Assembly: GCA_001949185.1 (NCBI GenBank)
Contig: BDGG01000004.1
Location: 769,620-833,619, forward strand
Origin: Ramazzottius varieornatus
Lineage: Eukaryota; Animalia; Tardigrada
DNA: 64,000 nt
Reading direction: 5' to 3'
This document shows, piece by piece, positions 40,495-51,755 of the stretch (its first letter is position 1; each line of letters opens with the position of its first letter). The translations under genes were made by a program, and so were the position numbers. A model generated the notes under the pieces. That model saw only the letters and a program-made list of their open reading frames with translations, did not search any database and was not told where the DNA came from.

Positions 40495-43472
40495 ATGGGG
40501 AACGCGGTAGACCGAGGTAGGCAGGGCTAGCGAGCTCGAAGTAGTTTCGGAGGAGTACGCGTACATGCTTTCTGTTTTAGAGGAAGCAGCAACCTTGGAC
40601 CACTCCGAAAACGGTGTTCTTGATGATAGAGAAGCAGTGGAGACGTCGGAGTCATCGTCCTTCAGCGCTCCGGATCTACCCAACGACGACAGTGAGAGTA
40701 TCGACAGTCAACCGCCACTTGCTCCAAGTGAAGTCTTCGTTGGTGGAGGTACGCAGACAAAGCATTCCGCTTCGCTCCTGGGTATTCGTTGTCTTACAAA
40801 TCACATGTGTGGTTGTAGATTACTGCTACTTCGAGACAGCAACGTCCGGGCCTTTCCAGATCCGACGCATTGACGAGTTCGTGAAGGTAGCCTTTCGCTT
40901 CCGGTGCATTCGTTAGTGAATAGTGAATACCAAGCTCTTCCTTTTTTGGTCACAGAATACCGTGACGGGTGCGGTGGACGCGAAGGTGTTCGTCTACAGC
41001 CGCAAGAGTGACTTACCAGGCTCGGCGCAAAAGTTACTTAGTGGGTTTGTAGATGGCGACGACGTTGTACCGGAAGAAGCTTGTAGGGATGACGGTGACG
41101 CACCGCTCGAAGTGGATGCCAAAGAAGACTTGTGGAACGAGCATGCCGTTCTTTCTCGGGAACTGTTCCTAAACAAAGATAGAAGTGGACCGAAGACAGA
41201 AACTCTTCCATCCAGTCTGATAAGAGGTCGGTGCTACGTCATTCACCACGTCGAAGGCATCTCTTTGGACGTATACACGAGAGATGAAGACACCTTCTTC
41301 CATCGCAGCACTTGGTTCGCATGCCTCCATTACATTGAATTTTACCAATTTTGTGTTGCCTGTTCAACGTGCATCTTGTGATAGGTATCAAGCTTCTGGA
41401 TCAAGCCAAGGCGAAGTCATCACCGAAAATGAAAAGCATATCCGATATGACAGCAAGAATACCTATCAGGTACGCAACCACCAGATTACAAAAATGCCGT
41501 GACGAACATAGTTTCTCAAACCAAAGGAGATTTTGTAGCAGCTATGATAGTAATCTGCTTTAGGGTGATGAAGAGATATTAAAACAAATCGCTGTTTAAT
41601 CTTGTGAGGGGAAGAACCTTATTTTCGTGGGTTCCTCGATCAACCCGCGCTTTTACCTGCTGTGCGGGTCGCAGTAGTGCGCAGGCTGTAAGGGGTCCAC
41701 GAAGTCAGCGTATTGGCCTCTTCAGCACACTGGAAGTGGTGGTCGACGTCTTTGAAAATCCGCTTTATGTTGATTTTCTTGTAGGCAGTATTTCCTGAAC
41801 TGTTGACCGAGTCGTCCAAAGTCGCTTACGATACCTCACAGGAAGACAAGTCCGATCTGGTATGGGTACCGGGCCGCTTACCGGAAGAAGATGTAACCAA
41901 CTTCGGGCAACTCGCTGTCGCTGTGGGGCTCATGGCAAGGTCAGCCGACGACATATCATCCTCGCAGTCTTCCTATACCATGGCTCGGGTCGCGGGACGC
42001 GATGCCACGCAAACTTTTGCTTACGATATCATCCATCGTAACGGTTACGACCTACAGGAGGCTGTCAGCGAACTGGTCCAGAACGGCCTTTCGACGAAAC
42101 GGAACATCTTGGAGTCGTTTGACGAGAACGACATGACGTTCTTCCAAGCTGGCTTGCATGACTCAGTCCGAGACCTGAAGAAAATCTATCAAGAATGGGT
42201 AAAAAAATCCCCTAATTCATCCGTTTTTTCTTTACTGCTGTGCAAGTTGTTGGTAAAGCCGATTCTTGTTTTAGCTACCTTGGAAGCCATTTGGAGACAT
42301 TCTCAGCTTCTACTACCACTTCAAGTCGTCCTCCTACTACAGACACTTTCGGCAGGCGAAGGAAAAGAAGAACGCCGCACAAAATCTCATTAAGTCCGTT
42401 TCCATCCTGCTGTACGAAGAAGACACTTCCATAGATTTCATAGAGCAAGAACCGCGAGAACCCAACTGTTATTCCTGTTTCGGTAACTTTTCGTCCATAC
42501 GATATCAGAGCTTTCATGTCCCTCATGGTCTCACTTCCAGCGCGTTTGGACAAGTGGCACCGCTGGACAGGTCTGTACAGCAAATGCCAGCATCCTGTCT
42601 GCCCTTTCTGCTGGCATGCCTGGAAGCGTTACGGTTGCCTTCAACGTCCGTGGAGGCGTCCAGTGGGCTACCGCCGAAGGATGCTGGTCGCTACCCCACC
42701 CGTTTCCCACCGGAATAGCAACAGCAACGATTTCTCCTGTCTTTCACCACGAGCCGGTGGCAGTTCCAGTCGCTTCCGCCTGACCAACCGCTCGTTGAAT
42801 TCCTCTACTACATCCTCACCCAGCGAACCGTCTAGACCTGGCCGCCTAGACCCGAAGAAAGGTACGTTGATCCAAGAGCGAAGACGGCTGCTCTCAGACA
42901 AAACCCGGTTATTTCGGGATGACTTTGGAACTCATCAAACATCTTGAAAAATCGTTCCGACAAAAATGAAGAAAAAAACTAGAATTTGAAGCTCGGAAAA
43001 TACATAGTATCAACAAAGTCGACCAGATCGTTATCCCAGGTGGCGCACGCTTTCGTCCGATAACACTAGAACGTGCGCCACTCGGGAAAGTGACGCACGT
43101 TTTCAGTGTTACTGCATGAAAAAGTGTGCCACTAGAAGTATGATCTGGTAGACTTTTTTGGCCGAGTTCCCATTCATTTTTGCAAATAATTTTGATCTTG
43201 TAGGTAAGGCACGAGAGTTTCAGTTCTGTTCGGACAACGACTGGAAACTCGTCCGACGTGTGGCCAGTGAGGCTTTGTACTCGCCCTACACGGTAGCCAA
43301 GTTTCCCATGCAGGCACCAGCGTCGATGGACCAAGCGAAAGAGTACACCCAGATGAGACCGGGCTTCGTGGTCAGCCACTACAAAGAATTGAGTGGCGGA
43401 CAAGGGAAAAGTGGAAAGCGGAAGTTGAATACGGATTTGATCTCTAAGATTGCGAAGTGTCGTAGGAAGTAA
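40495..43472 (+). CDS. MTA1: Divergent metastasis-associated (MTA/NuRD scaffold) protein: BAH-ELM2-SANT-GATA finger-R1
   Basis: Spliced exons give FVGGDYCYFETATSGPFQIRRIDEFVK (BAH), RELFLNK..ETLPSSLIRGRC, AGRDATQTFAYDIIHRNGYDLQEAVSELV (ELM2), LPWKPFGDILSFYYHFK (SANT), CYSC-x21-CPFCWHAWKRYG (GATA-like finger) and REFQFCS..KLVRRV (R1-like). The start codon is uncertain. Confidence 0.85.
43015..43173. repeat. Two tandem GTGGCGCAC-family palindromes in MTA intron
   Basis: GACCAGATCGTTATCCCAGGTGGCGCACG...CGTGCGCCACTCGGGAAAGTGACGCACG...GTGCGCCACTAG...GATCTGGT...GCCGAGTTCCCAT-like arms. Confidence 0.8.
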
Positions 43473-44774
43473 TTGGTTAGTGTGAATGTATTGGGGATGG
43501 AAGACTCGTAAGTTAATGACCACACTCTGTTTTACCTTTTGAATTTTATTGATGCTCACTTCCTTGTTGCGTTGTGACCTTGTGTTTCAAGTTTTATCTG
43601 TTTTGTTTCACTAACGGCTTTTTACGACGATTTCTTTCGACGTTGCGCCCTGTAGACCTCAACATTCCAGATGATGGTTGTCTTCTTTGCAATAAAGCCT
43701 TGCGAAAGTCGTGGAAGTTATTTTGTTTGTCGGACGAGCTTTTCTTGCGCAATGTTCCGTTCTTGAATGTTATGCCCGCGCCGTCATGACCTTACGGTCC
43801 TTACTTTTGTTTTTCGTTTCCCTATGAATTTCTACACCCATTTGAAATAGCTACGCGACAAACTCAGCACTCCAAGACGATTCGGCCCCTTTACTCCCGT
43901 TGGCTATAGCGACGAGTAGTAATTTCTGTGACTTGGGATCTGATCGGGAACATTATATGAAGAATTATTTCGCGAACGTGGTCTTTTGTGACATTTTTTG
44001 GCAAACCTTGCGAAACGAAAACGAAAAGCATTAATTACCGAGTCTCTGAGGGAAAAGTTCTGCTTTGACATAGCGAAGTACCGTAACGCTGCATTTCCGG
44101 TTTATGTTTTCTCCATCGGTTGTGCTTTCCGTCGAGCAGCGTAAGTTAATAGCATTCATACTTTTGAATGGCGGATATCGTCGGATGGTGTCATGATCAG
44201 TTTGTGCCGGCAGGCAGGATAAGGGATAAGTGGCCAACCGGTTAGCTGCATTTAGGGCCTGTTTGTTCGTCGCTAAGATGGCTCTTGTCATTGGCTAATG
44301 CAACGCCGCTTTACAGCGCACTCTTTTGTCCTCATCGCAATCTGTTCGCCGTCAGCTTGCTCATTTCTCACAATATTCAATATCTCTCGGCTTAACAACT
44401 TTACAAGCTTATGAAAGCTTATCATAGTGCCATATCGCCTTGTTCGTTCTTTTCTCATCAACGTTTCAGTCCCCGATCGTCAAAACCTGCTACTTAACAC
44501 TCCAAGACGCATTATTCGACTTTCACCCTTTTGAGTTTTCTTCTCGCTTCCCCACAAGCAACGAAAATTCGTCAGACTTGCATGGGCATAAGTTGGGACG
44601 TGGGCAAACGAACCAGAACCAGGTCGATATCCCAAGTGACGCAGCCTTTCATTGTTCCTGGCTGGACGAGTGCGCTACACTTGGGAAACAATGTAACCTA
44701 GACAGTTCGACCGTCGTCACCGCATACTATAATAAAATAGATCCTCTTAGTTTGTCGGTTTCGTTATGGATGTG

Positions 44775-46018
44775 CTAGCATTTACGATCTTTCATGATCG
44801 GTTGATCGCTGTCATCCGAGAGCGACGAGGAAGTGTCATTCGAACAATCGTCATGCAGGTCTTCAATCTTGCATGCTGAGATCAGGCCGAAAGTCTGGGC
44901 TGAGGTCTTCATAGTCCTGTCGCTCGGCTTATCGGTTCCTTCTTTCGGTCTCTCGGTATTTCGTTTTGCATCACCTTCTCGAGCTTTTGATTCATTACGA
45001 TGAGAAGAGGAATGCAGTGCAACCCCGGCTTTTCTCAGCTGTTCTTGCTCGTCTCGCTTCTGTTTGCGCCACTTTGCTCGGCGATTCTTGAACCATACCT
45101 GTGACATACCACACATTCCATCACCACATGTTTTATAATCACTCCATCGTTCATTCGAAAACAAAGTTAGAACACAGTTTTTACCTCGACGCGTTCTTCC
45201 TTCAGCTCGACCTTGACCGCCAGTTCTTCGCGTAGCAGCACATCGGGATAGTGGGTTCGCTGGAAAGTGTCTTCCAGTTGCTCCAGCTGTTCTTCCGTGA
45301 AGATGGTTCGATGTCGTCGTTTGCGCTTGTGCGAGCTGATTGAATTGTGGTGTCCCATCCCCAGGTTGCTACAGTTGTACTGTCCCATGAAATTCACACC
45401 GTGGGCCACTGCTGCTGCGGCTGCGGCCATTGCAGCGGCCGAATTCGTCGAACCGCTGCTCGCGCCAAAGCATCCGGGAAACATTGCTTGGTATGCTGAA
45501 AGAACCGTAGAAAAGCTATTTGAAAAAAATGGATTTTGTCACAGTGAATGAAAAGTGGACACTGTGAAAAGTGTTGATTTAATGCGTAAGTTGGTCGTAT
45601 GCTTTTTTCTGAAATTGAATCGCCATAACTAGGTTTCTCGTACCCGAAAACCAATCGGAGGCGGCCGCATTCTGATGTCCAGCCAATAACGCTTGGCTGC
45701 TCAGCTGTGCAACGGATGAAACGCCACTACCAGGAAAACCCAGAGGCGGATGACTTCCGGGTTGGAAATAATTGGCAAAGACCGGAGAAGACAAGCTGGT
45801 TGGTGGGCAGTTCGCGTTGATTGAATGACTGCTGGAGTTCCGCCAAGCCCCGGTTTGGATAAAATACTGTCGATGGAGAAGGCTGATGTGGTCGAACCAT
45901 ATTGTTGTCGCAGATGCTCATTAGATGCCGTGCTATTCAGGTAATACTGCATGGCCGGATGGTTCAGGAAGCCCAGTGCAGCTGCCGTCGAGGAAGAAGA
46001 ATTCCCAATAATCGGCAT
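44775..46018 (-). CDS. gsc: Goosecoid homeobox protein (3 exons; apparent 1-nt frameshift in exon 1)
   Basis: Homeodomain [48 protein letters not shown]|[15 protein letters not shown] (K50 paired-like) and eh1 motif FSIDSIL. Exons 46018-45644, 45495-45185, 45098-44775. Confidence 0.95.
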
Positions 46019-49000
46019 AATCACTCCTGAGTTGATTGCTCCGTCTTTTGTTTGGCGGTAATCGTTCGTATGATCAATGCGTTAATTAACTGGACACAAT
46101 GACAGGGGTTAACAGATCGTGAAGGTCCGACCTTTTTCTCTCCACTCAGGTCCAGAAACGAAAGTATAAAGTAAGATTCCGAAGGTCGATTGGCTTCGAG
46201 TTTCGCACGTACTGATTTCAGCTTAGGGTAGGCGAAAAGGCTTTTGACGGTCGATACAATAGTCTTGTTCTGATGCAAAGCAAGAATAAGAAATGTAAAT
46301 CTTGAATATCCTCTTGGAGCTAATCAATGCAATTTCGGTCACGATGGCATCACAAGAATGGTTACAACGACAACTTCATCGTCGGCATTTTTTTGCCCAC
46401 TGGCGTTTGTTATCAAACGCATTCACCAAATTCACTGTCAATACCAGCCGGCAAAGAAATCTGACTCGTAGAAGCTCGAAAAGATGAGAAATAACTTAAC
46501 GTGCTGATTTTGCTGTTGACAAATCCGACAATCAGTAGCCGATTTCAAAAGGCTGGTTCGCAAACTTAGAACAAGTTGCTCTCAGCCCTGAACTGGCAAA
46601 GCAACAAAATTTACGCTGTCCTCACCGAAAAGTGTAAAGAGCTTTTCATCTGCATTTGTGAATAGCCGATTTATACTCAAATTTATCGGGTTTGACTATG
46701 AGCGCAGCCTATTATCTCGTACAAAGGACCGCGTGTATGTAAACGCTGTCATGAAATGACCTGGGCGGAGTCAAAGCCCTCGAACAAACCAATGGAAAGT
46801 TGCCTGTCATACCGCGACATTATTAACGACTCTAATGATTTACTGTTTGACATGCATGCAGTGCCTTATTGAGTTACCTTCAGAGCTATTGGTATGATTG
46901 GGAAACTTGAGTCGTTTTGTGCTGAGACGATTGCCATGCTTGAACAAAGCCTAACAAGTCAAACAAGCTGCATTAAATATGACAGTGTGGGTGTTTGCTG
47001 TAAGAAAGCGGCTCACCATGTAATTATTTAAGAGATCCAACTGCAGCCCAGGTTCCATGGCTTCCTTGATTATCAGCTTGTCGATATATTTTAAACTGGT
47101 ACTTTACAGCTGTAACCAGATCTACGTGACTTTGCGCCAATTTGCATAAGGCTTCGGTAAGCAAGACGCCATGTAGCCTTGCTGGGGATTCTTGTTAATT
47201 TATTTGCTCACGGGCCATAACCGCCACAACACACTCCCCGAGCCATACAGCAAGTTGTGCAAATTTGCTACCTAAACCTGCTTTTCATTCAATGGTTTCC
47301 ACTATACCAACTTATTATTATCTCATAACTTTTGTATTGATCGGCAACGACTCGGTCTTTTTTTTCTTCCATAGACTATGGACCAGAGTGGATCGGCATT
47401 CAGTAACAATGATAAAATACTTGGGCGTCTAAACCAATTAGAGCCAAAAACCGTAGAAAAGGAGACAGTCTGGATCGTTGCATCCTGTGCAAGTTCAACT
47501 GTCAATGTGTGCTAAATTCAGAATACCCAGGATGATACACTTCCAGAGGTGGAAACCGAATCCAGGTTGTGTAATGCCCTGTCAAGAATCGCGCTGATAT
47601 TTTTAGCATTTTTTTCTAATGGATAACCCCAGGATGGCGGCTGGAGCGAGTGATATGTAATCCGCGGATGGTTATGTGAGCGGAGATTGGTCATATCTCT
47701 AAGCCTAAAAGGTTTTAAGCCGTTCTTTGTGCGAGACGTTCAAGCGGCGATTGTGCCACTGTGCAAGCGGAACAAAAGGCAGCAAAGCGGTTCGCATTAA
47801 GCATTGCAAAAGACATCTTAGTAGCGCACACACAACTGCACAATCAAGCATGCTTGGGCTAAAACCTTTAACGCATCAAATCCGGTTCGCTGTCAGCCTA
47901 TTGCTCGACGATCAGCGCTTAATCTTTGCGCTCGACCCAGCTAGCTCTCGCACTTTGCACGCTGTGCTCGTGACACCCGGCAAATTGCTTTATGATAAGA
48001 TGAACACGCCGAAAGCCCCAGGAGATTAGCCAAGTAGTCCTACGACACTGCACAAAATATCATACTTATTGCGGATTTGAGCCGAGAGGTCACCACATTC
48101 AAACCAAGCTCTGTCTCAGAAACCTTCAGCAAAGCATTTGGAATATAAAGCTCCGGGTTTCAAGCTGCAAAGAAACAGAAATATCCTGAAATCACGGTAC
48201 GTTTCTAAATATGACCACGGGTCTGATGGCGAACAAGTCAGAGACTCGACTTGTGAGTGCAAGGTGCAGTCCGTGGTAAACTCCATTGAAGGCTAATTTG
48301 GCTAAAAATACAGCGGTACCGTCAAGGAATCGGCTGTACGGCGATGTCAGTAGCGGTGGTAAAGTGTCGGCCATTATGGAACTTGATAGTGGTAAGTTTA
48401 CACAGTTAGTTGGTCCAGTCGGCACTTAGCGCTGCCTTCCGTATAAACGATCTATTCTTTATCCTTTGATCTATCGCTTCCACGCTTAATGGAGTCTTGA
48501 GGGTCGTACGCCACACTTGGTTCTCAGCCTCGCCATTTCCAGCTTGAGAACAATAATGGCTGTTTGTTTAGCGCTGGTCAAGGTGTGAGGATTTACACCC
48601 ACTCCCACACAATCACTCAACTAACTTTCCATTTATCCTCAATCCATTCCAAGAGCGACCATCCAGCTGCGCACCCATTTATACTCCAATCTCTGATATT
48701 CAAACAAACCCAATGGCCACCGCCCGATCCATTCAAAACAAAATCCGAAACCAGTTTTCAGGCTTTACCTAGCACATTTTCGAAAAGTCAGACAACTCAT
48801 CTATGGCGAGTGGTCATCCTTACCAGTAACAGTCAAAAATGTCACTCTATGCGGTAATCACTCGGCTTGCGAATTGATAGAGTACTTTGGAAAAAGGCGA
48901 ACAAGGACTAGCACTGTACTGGTGCATAGCCGAACACTTTCCATAAATCTCACAAACTACTAACGGATTTTCTTGGTATCAGATGCAGACGATCGATTAA

Positions 49001-51755
49001 GGAAGTTTGAAATTTTGTGTGGGCTGGTTGTGCATGCAGCCTTTAATGCCAATTAGTGCGTATTCAAGCGTCTAATAGACGCTGGCGGGTGTTTCTCAAA
49101 GCTTAATTTCTCATGCAGGGAATTACGCCGCTCGAGAATGCTAATGCTGTTTTCTTTGATAACAAGCCTGACCATTTTCTGCCGTGCAACAGAATGTCAA
49201 GTTAAAGCCCGGTTTTGTCCTCAAATCAGCCATAGCTAAATCTCTCCAAGCCTCACGGCACTCCCAGGAGCAAGGACCCCTCGCCTGTCACTTGCAAGCC
49301 TCGCTGCTTAAGTTGATCCACGCAACAAAACAAGAATTTGCCATATTAGTCCATGTGTCCTTTAATCGGCTTCCACATTGCTTCAGACCGGAAGTCGCGG
49401 AAAGAGACTGGTCAGATCCTCGATACACGGCGATCTCTAATGGATAGAAAAAGTGTGCATAAGGACCTCCAGCCAGACGACCATGTCTGCCTTGCCGTCT
49501 CATCTGCAGCACCGGTGTGGACAGGCAGAGTTTATTGATTGAACGCCGCACGAAGGCTCCCGCGAAGGAACGGGGCAACGCGGCCTATGTGAACCGCCGC
49601 CGCTAATGCAGCAAAGGTCGGAAGGGCCAGCTTTGCAATGGCTCCGTCTTCCTCCCCTTACAACGTAAATACTCTAGCATACTGCAGTTTTTAAATTCCA
49701 CACTACCAAACACTCCGCGCACCACCTCTCAACTAAAGATTGCCCAGGAAATATTATTGGCAAACGTGGAGCCTACACAAGGTTCGAGACGTTTCTTTCT
49801 CTTTTGCCGTTGAGTGCAGATTCATCATCAACGACGAGGAGTGGCGCTTGCTGACCGCCGGAAGCCGATTAGTTTCCAGCGGGATCATGTGTCCGGCCGG
49901 CAGGTCCATTCGTGGAAGCTGCGGTTATACAGCCCGTTCGGGCCACATCGCTACCACCTTGTGAAAATCAGGGATCTCTCCATCAAGATGTTTTCGCGTC
50001 GAACATAGCATCCGTAGATAGCAAAAACAATGGCCTATCATAATCGAGAACAAAATTTGACAAATTGTACGAGACACGGCCGTATGACGAATTTTTGTCA
50101 CAACGGAAGACCCTCGGAAAAGACGACGTTCGCAGATTTTTAGGAATTGTTCTTAATTGTGTTTTTTTCTGTGCTGTTAACAGTCAGAACAAATAGAACC
50201 ATAACGAAGCTACATGCGACATGTTTAAAAGCAGAAATATACCGCCCGAATCAAAAATTATAATTTTTGACGTGGAAGGGGGTTTCCCTGCAAAATGGCC
50301 ATTTCCAGATTCCAAATTTATTTTGTAAATCAGATCGACTTTGTTGTCGTGGTTTTCGGTTTTATATGATGAACCAAATACTTTTATACTTTTCAAATTG
50401 AAGTTGGAAGTTGCTGCTTAGAAATGGGGTATGTGAGATAATTGTTTCTCCTTGGCTCAACGTCTTCCTCACCGGAAGTCAGACTTTCGGTTTTTCAGCA
50501 GGTTGTCTCTCACTGAACTGTAACGCTCTATGGTCTCATGGAAGTAGCTTAAAAAAACGTTGTATGAAATACCGTGAGAAACAAGGAAAAACTATCTTTG
50601 TTGATTTTCTGAAGCGCTATTTTTCAAGTGGTAGCGATGTGGCCCGAACGGACTGTAGATGGTTATACGGATCTAACTTGCCGAGTGTTCTGGCTGGCCC
50701 GGACCCCAGCACCTCGTTCGGCAGCTCGGTGAGTAGGAGCCAGGTATCCAGCGGGAGGAGTGTCGAATAGCGAGAGGTCGGTCTACAGCCGAGAATTGCA
50801 GAACATTACACAGTCGTGCATTACTGTGCATATTTTTCAGGCATAAAAACGGGAATTGTGGCATAGTCGGGTAGGTGGCGTCGCGGGAAGTCGAAAGGGT
50901 TTCCGCTTCTCCGGCGGTCAGAGCGGGCCTTAACAGGTCCCCGACAAACTGTCCATAGAGTTGGTTTTTGTTGGCATTGTTGGTTTGACGCTAGCCAGCG
51001 GCGAACCCAAGAAGAGCGAAAAAAACGAGAAACTTCATGGTCACACTGGATAGGAGAGACTCGCAAAGGCTTAAAAAAGCAAGCTTTCTTATACTGTATT
51101 ACCAAACTTTTTCTCGTCTTGATTACGGCATGAGCAGTGCCTAAGACGAGGAAATCAAAGTAGCTGCGCAATGGCTCCGGATAACATGCAATAAGAGCTT
51201 CCGGCGGGAGAATCTCGCAGGTTTTTATCGATGTTTGGGTGTGATACTGCCTTCCGCCTTAAGTAATTGCCGAAGGATAATTTTCGGAATAGAAAACGGC
51301 GCCAGAAATTTCGATCCATGGCTTGTTGGTTAAGACTGAATGAGCTGAAACTTTAACTGACGAACAAAATTGTACTGCGGCCTTCGGATTGTGAAAACCC
51401 AGGAAGCGCTTCAGCAGAATTATATTGATATCAGTTGTTCCCTAGTAAAACATGGCTGACTAGCTTTGCGGGTAATCTTCCTTCCCCACCGAAAAGTTTG
51501 GCTGCTTGCTGGAGAACGACGACCAAATACTACGGCCACACGGCTTTGTGACTCAGTATTTCCTAAAGGTTCGTCCACGTAGTAAATAGTACTCAGAATG
51601 CGTGATTTTCCATCATGCTTCGATATTCGAATGAAAAAACGTTGTTTTGCCATGCCCTTTTTCATGTTGGGAGTATCCTTCTGAGCGGATCAGTCAACAT
51701 CTGTGTGGTTGCCGATGTGTCTGGAGCTTCGGAATGTGAAATTAATTCCTCCCAT

